Of a DNA stretch of 64,000 bases, positions 59,690-64,000 are shown piece by piece (position 1 is the stretch's first letter; each line of letters starts with the position of its first letter). The position numbers and the translations under genes are program-made. The stretch is from positions 90,949-154,948 of the forward strand of contig JAHEAD010000002.1 in the NCBI GenBank assembly GCA_019721075.1, read 5' to 3'. The notes below the pieces were generated by a model. That model was given only the letters and a program-made list of their open reading frames with translations, was not told where the DNA came from and searched no databases. The DNA comes from Candidatus Sysuiplasma jiujiangense (GTDB lineage Archaea; Thermoplasmatota; Thermoplasmata; Sysuiplasmatales; Sysuiplasmataceae).

Positions 59690-60097
59690 TCACTCCTCCA
59701 ACTTTTTAACTGTGAAAACACAGTTCTGTGAACCCTGACTCTCGCATTCTGATTCCTCGCAGAGAATTTTTTCATGTTTCGTCACTTCATAGAGGCGCTT
59801 GAAAACACCTCTCAGCCTGTGGCATGTCGGCTGATTTGCTTCGCCAACTTCTATGGAGCCATGGACAACAACTCTGTTTTCGTCAAATTTCACATCCTCC
59901 GCCCATCCCCTTGCAACAAGCAGTTTGGTTGCTGTGCCGAGAAGATCTCCCTGCTCCTCCTTTGCTATCTTGACGATTTCGCTTCCCGTGAGTATGCCTT
60001 CTCTGTAGAACAGGCCATGGGACGCACTGGCCATAACCCCTTCATAAAGAGTCCTTATATTTCCTATTTCTGTCTGAGAGATCTTTACGAATTTCAT
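59690..60097 (-). CDS. Stand-alone V4R domain protein
   Basis: ARGW, CHRLRG...EESECESQGSQNCVF pattern. Confidence 0.8.
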   Translation of the reverse strand: MKFVKISQTEIGNIRTLYEGVMASASHGLFYREGILTGSEIVKIAKEEQGDLLGTATKLLVARGWAEDVKFDENRVVVHGSIEVGEANQPTCHRLRGVFKRLYEVTKHEKILCEESECESQGSQNCVFTVKKLEE

Positions 60098-60252
60098 GAT
60101 TGATGCTATTCAAATTGGCTGAGTTTATAAATCTTTTCCGCCAAAGTTCAATATTCAGAATGCTGTCCTTCGCCGATTTCCAGCCGCATTAAACTATTTG
60201 AACCTTCAGCTGCATAGCAGGGATCAAGCTGAACAGCCGGATCGTCTGTCAA

Positions 60253-61203
60253 ATGAAAGAAGTGAAACGCATTGTGTCACTGCTCCCGAGCGCCACCGAG
60301 ATGATTTATGCACTGAATCTGCAGGACAGGCTCGTCGCTGTGACCCATGAATGCGATTTTCCCGAAGAGGCGAGGAGCAAGCCAGTTGCAGTCAGGAGCG
60401 CATTGGATCTCAGCTCCCTGTCGCCTGCCGAAATAGACAGGACGGTGAGCGATTCACTGCGGTCAGGACGCGATCTCTACCGCATCGACTACGACCTGCT
60501 CAGGAGTCTTTCACCCGATCTGATAATAGGACAGGCGCTATGCGATGTCTGTGCGGTTCCGTCCTCGAAAATGAGCGAAATTATTTCATCACTTGATTTC
60601 AGGCCGGAATTGCTGGATATGAGTCCCACGACAATCGGCGGAATACTGAGGAATATCATGGATCTCGGCAGAGTGACGGGAAAGGAAGGCAGCGCACGTG
60701 CACTCACCCTTAAGCTGCAGGCAAGAATCGCAGCAATTCAGAGGATCACCAGGAATTACAGCTCAAGAAAGCGCGTATTTTTCATGGAGTGGGTTGATCC
60801 GGTCTACTGCGGAGGACACTGGGTCCCGCAGATGATCGAGATTGCAGGCGGCGTGGACGGTTTATCCTGCAAGGGTAGACCTTCCGTGAGGATGCGGTGG
60901 GAAGATGTTCTTTCCTACAATCCCGAGGTGCTCATCGTTGCGTCCTGCGGAAGGCATGTTCCCGAAATACTCAGGGAAGCGAATATTCTTGCCAGGCTGC
61001 CCGAACTGAACAGCCTGGATGCAGTCCGCAATAGTGAGGTTTATGCTGTTGATGCGAGCTCATATTTTGCAAGACCGGGACCGAGGATAGTTCAGGGAAT
61101 AGAACTGCTTGCGCACATACTCAGGCCCGACTTGTTTCAGTGCCATGAATCCTCAGCCTATTCGAAAATACAACTGAACGCACTGCTTGTTGAGGGAAGA
61201 TGA
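60253..61203 (+). CDS. BtuF/helical-backbone metal receptor-like protein without signal peptide
   Basis: RIVSLLPSATE, THECDFP, QALCDVCAV, GHWVPQMI..AGG, YFARPGPR. Confidence 0.85.
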   Translation: MKEVKRIVSLLPSATEMIYALNLQDRLVAVTHECDFPEEARSKPVAVRSALDLSSLSPAEIDRTVSDSLRSGRDLYRIDYDLLRSLSPDLIIGQALCDVCAVPSSKMSEIISSLDFRPELLDMSPTTIGGILRNIMDLGRVTGKEGSARALTLKLQARIAAIQRITRNYSSRKRVFFMEWVDPVYCGGHWVPQMIEIAGGVDGLSCKGRPSVRMRWEDVLSYNPEVLIVASCGRHVPEILREANILARLPELNSLDAVRNSEVYAVDASSYFARPGPRIVQGIELLAHILRPDLFQCHESSAYSKIQLNALLVEGR

Positions 61204-61814
61204 GAGTAATGCTGGACGAGAAGGACGGGGAGCTTGCCGTCAGGTTTGCACGCTCAGTGATTGAGAGCACCGTCAGGACAGGCAGCTACGATTCAAACAG
61301 GGTTCAGCTTCCGGATGTTTTCGAAACGAAATCGGGCGCCTTTGTCACTATACTCGGATTCCCGGCCCATACGTTGCGCGGATGCATCGGCTTTACCGAA
61401 CCGGTGTATCCGCTGAAACTTGCCATCCTCAATGCTGCAGTCGAATCGGCCATTTCCGATCCCAGGTTCGATCCCGTTGGCGAGGAGGAGCTCCAGTCCA
61501 TCATTGTGGAAGTGAGCATACTTTCGAAACCTGAACCCGTGAGGGTGAAGAGCCAGTGGGAAATACCGGGAAAGATACTCGTCGGAAAGCATGGTGTCAT
61601 GGTCGAAAGGGGAAGATTTCGCGGGCTCCTCCTACCGCAGGTCGCGGCGGAGGAGGGATGGGACAGCGAGGAATTTGTTGCCCAGACCTGCTGGAAGGCA
61701 GGGCTTCCTGAAGATTCATGGAAGGATCCCAAGGTCACTGTCTACACCTTCGAGGCCGACATATTCAGTGAAGTAGAACCTGGCGGCGCTGTCAGGAGAA
61801 GGAAGACTGGCTGA
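61200..61814 (+). CDS. AMMECR1 family protein
   Basis: GAFVT, LRGCIG, DPRF, EVSIL, GLLLPQVA, CWKAGL. Confidence 0.93.
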   Translation: MRVMLDEKDGELAVRFARSVIESTVRTGSYDSNRVQLPDVFETKSGAFVTILGFPAHTLRGCIGFTEPVYPLKLAILNAAVESAISDPRFDPVGEEELQSIIVEVSILSKPEPVRVKSQWEIPGKILVGKHGVMVERGRFRGLLLPQVAAEEGWDSEEFVAQTCWKAGLPEDSWKDPKVTVYTFEADIFSEVEPGGAVRRRKTG

Positions 61815-61890
61815 AAAGCAGTTTCTGCGTGCCAGGGACTCCTTCAATATATATAATTGTGAATTATTATCCACGAAGGGAGGGGCGCTG

Positions 61891-63162
61891 ATGGAAAAGG
61901 CGGATCTTGCGATTGATGGGACTTTCTACATCGACGGGCTTCTGGTCAAGACATCTGTAGGAATCAGGAACGGCAGAATATCATCCATAAGGAGGGGTGC
62001 CGAAGCGGACGAAAGAGTTGTGTTTGAAAATTCCATCATTCTTCCCGGTGCTGTGGACCTGCATGTCCACTTCAGGGAGCCGGGGCTCACGCAGAAGGAG
62101 GATATAGAGAGCGGCAGCCTGTCCGCAGCCTTCGGCGGCGTAACATGCGTCGGTGAAATGCCAAACACTGTTCCACCCGCCATCACACCGGAAAGAGTCG
62201 AGAAGAAAATTGAACTGTTCAAAAAGAAGTCATATGTCGACTTCGTTGTCTATGGTGGCCTCATGAAGGGCGTGAGGGTTGCCTCACTGTCAAAGAGGGC
62301 GGCGGCCTTCAAGCTGTTTATGGGAAGTTCCACCGGAGACCTTGTGTGCGATGACCCTGAGCTTCAGATGGAGCTTATCCGTTCAGCTGCCGAATCTGGC
62401 AAATTGGTCATCGTGCATGCCGAGGACGAATCCAGAAGGAACAGGATTTCCGAATCAAACCTCCGTGACCATTATCGTTCAAGGCCGCCGGAGTGCGAAA
62501 CTGAAGCAGTCAAAAGGCTTATCGGTTTTTCAAACAGAGATTATCACCCCAGAATTCATGTGGCACATGCCACACTCAGGGAATCCGTGGAAATGGCCCA
62601 CCCGGACAACATTACATTTGAGGTAACGCCTCATCATCTTCTTCTGGACTATGACATGCACCTCGGCACCTTCGGCAAGGTTAACCCTCCCCTCAGAAGG
62701 CGTGATGACCGGATTGCACTCATCAGACTCCTGAATTCCGGTTTAGTCGATACAATAGGGTCCGACCATTCACCGCACACTCCTGAGGAAAAGGGTGACG
62801 ATTTCGACTATGCTCCTTCGGGAATTCCCGGCGTCGAAACAATGCTGCCGCTGATGCTTAACCTCGTGGCGAACGAGGAGATGAAACTTGAAACACTGGT
62901 CAGGGCAATAAGCGAGAATCCGTCAAAACTGCTTCACCTCAGAAAGGGAAAGATTGCCGTCGGATATGATGCAGACCTTGTTGTAGTGAATCTGCGCAGA
63001 ACGAGTGTCATCAAGGGAGAAAATCTTCACTCCAGATGCGGCTGGACGCCTTTTGAGGATTTCAGTGCAATTTTTCCAGAACGCGTGTATCTCCGTGGAA
63101 AAGAATTAATCAGTGGTTCGGCAGTTACCGGCAGGCCTAAGGCAAGAAACGCGGCTGAATGA
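61891..63162 (+). CDS. pyrC: Dihydroorotase
   Basis: DLHVHFREPG, EMPNTVP, HAED, EVTPHHL, KVNPPLR, SDHSPH, PSGIPG. Confidence 0.92.
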   Translation: MEKADLAIDGTFYIDGLLVKTSVGIRNGRISSIRRGAEADERVVFENSIILPGAVDLHVHFREPGLTQKEDIESGSLSAAFGGVTCVGEMPNTVPPAITPERVEKKIELFKKKSYVDFVVYGGLMKGVRVASLSKRAAAFKLFMGSSTGDLVCDDPELQMELIRSAAESGKLVIVHAEDESRRNRISESNLRDHYRSRPPECETEAVKRLIGFSNRDYHPRIHVAHATLRESVEMAHPDNITFEVTPHHLLLDYDMHLGTFGKVNPPLRRRDDRIALIRLLNSGLVDTIGSDHSPHTPEEKGDDFDYAPSGIPGVETMLPLMLNLVANEEMKLETLVRAISENPSKLLHLRKGKIAVGYDADLVVVNLRRTSVIKGENLHSRCGWTPFEDFSAIFPERVYLRGKELISGSAVTGRPKARNAAE

Positions 63163-63166
63163 TACG

Positions 63167-64000
63167 ATGGAAATCGATACTCAGGAGCTGAAGGGAAAGG
63201 TTTTCAGGTGCCTTGAAGGGTGCGGCCTGTGCTGCCTGTGCCAGCCGGAGCTCCTTCCTTCCGAGACCGCACAGTTTCTCTCCATAGAAAAATTGAAGAG
63301 TTCCGTGACAAGAAGTTCGATAGATCCGTCCAGAAAGGCCATAGCAATGTATGGCAATGGCGGTCCGTGCAGACTTCTCAGCGACAGAAAATGCACGGCT
63401 TATCCGCGGAGACCCCATTTCTGCAGAATTTTTCCCGTCCACACACATCTCATGTGGCGCATACAGCTCACGGTAGACCTCTCGTGCCGCGGTGTTTGGC
63501 GCGAGGACTGGAAGGAGAAAACTGGCGTGTATGAGGATCTCGAAGCATACGGCCTGAAAGAACTGCACAGCTACACCAGCGAGAAGCTCGAGAGGGAACT
63601 TGGCGAAGCACGGGAGGTCTACGGCGAATTCAGGGAGAACTGCATCGATGCCGACGTATGGATGGAGCCTGCCAGCATGAGGGAGCGTGCTTCCGCTCTG
63701 ATAGCACAGGGATACTTCTCATCACTTTCTGGCATAGGGCTGGTGCTTTCGGCGGCCGATGCCTGCCGAGGAAGCGGCCTGGACTTCATGACATCGCTCA
63801 GGCTTGCAGAAAGGACCGGCGCGCAGGATTCAGTTGCAGCGGCGCTGGAGGAACTGCTGGACGAGATGCTCTCAATAGAGGACATTGCGGACAGGCCTGT
63901 CTTCGTCGACAGGGATCTGAACTGGCTGGTTTTCGGCCATGACGGGGGACGCCCGGCAAAATTCAGGCTGGGCGAAAAGGGCGGTATTTCGAAGATCGGT
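63167..64000 (+). CDS. YkgJ-family cysteine-cluster protein, 3'-truncated by window edge
   Basis: Manual translation MEIDTQELKGKVFRCLEGCGLCCLCQP...GPCRLLSDRKCTAYPRRPHFCRIFP; absent from the ORF track because there is no stop in the window. Confidence 0.85.
   Translation, partial: MEIDTQELKGKVFRCLEGCGLCCLCQPELLPSETAQFLSIEKLKSSVTRSSIDPSRKAIAMYGNGGPCRLLSDRKCTAYPRRPHFCRIFPVHTHLMWRIQLTVDLSCRGVWREDWKEKTGVYEDLEAYGLKELHSYTSEKLERELGEAREVYGEFRENCIDADVWMEPASMRERASALIAQGYFSSLSGIGLVLSAADACRGSGLDFMTSLRLAERTGAQDSVAAALEELLDEMLSIEDIADRPVFVDRDLNWLVFGHDGGRPAKFRLGEKGGISKIG

Noticed and set aside
467..63942. Numerous long antisense or alternative-frame ORFs (e.g. 467-1081, 13883-14623, 47844-48689, 49772-50488, 63137-63568)
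   Set aside because: Shadow ORFs overlapping well-supported genes, with no recognisable motifs
1..64000. Genome-wide TAG recoding (pyrrolysine code)
   Set aside because: treX, aIF2alpha, tes, thiolase, the sugar-binding protein and trmB end at TAG at apparently complete C-termini; only the rpiA junction is suggestive and no pyl genes are in the window
1..64000. Insertion sequences, integrases or prophage
   Set aside because: No transposase, recombinase or viral structural motifs and no terminal inverted repeats seen

Overview
Archaeal chromosomal window with no detectable mobile elements or CRISPR arrays. It is inferred to be Thermoplasmata-like from the L44e-S27e-aIF2alpha-Nop10-PAC2 cluster, S3Ae, tetraether synthase and two intron-containing tRNAs. 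Contents: a TreX/TreZ/TreY trehalose cluster, an orphan CdrS-like regulator, an AddAB-like helicase-nuclease pair, an acyl-CoA catabolic cluster (Cys-less thiolase + DUF35 + OYE + CoA-transferase), Ada, a sugar ABC transporter/glycosidase/TrmB module, DinB, a lipA-E1a-E1b-E2-E3-lipB-pdaD operon, a GlcD/GlcF-like oxidase, a V4R + Roadblock pair, AMMECR1 and pyrC. The main observations from the raw sequence are: (1) a shared palindrome TACTAAT-N4-ATTAGTA at both the ABC operon promoter and the trmB start codon; (2) rpiA, whose conserved N-terminus has no canonical start and is in frame with the upstream amber stop; (3) catalytic Cys-to-Ser substitutions in four unrelated enzymes; (4) Fe-S staple cysteines in both AddA and AddB; (5) a 33-bp promoter duplication; and (6) small proteins missed by the ORF track. 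All calls come from motif recognition by eye; no database searches were run.
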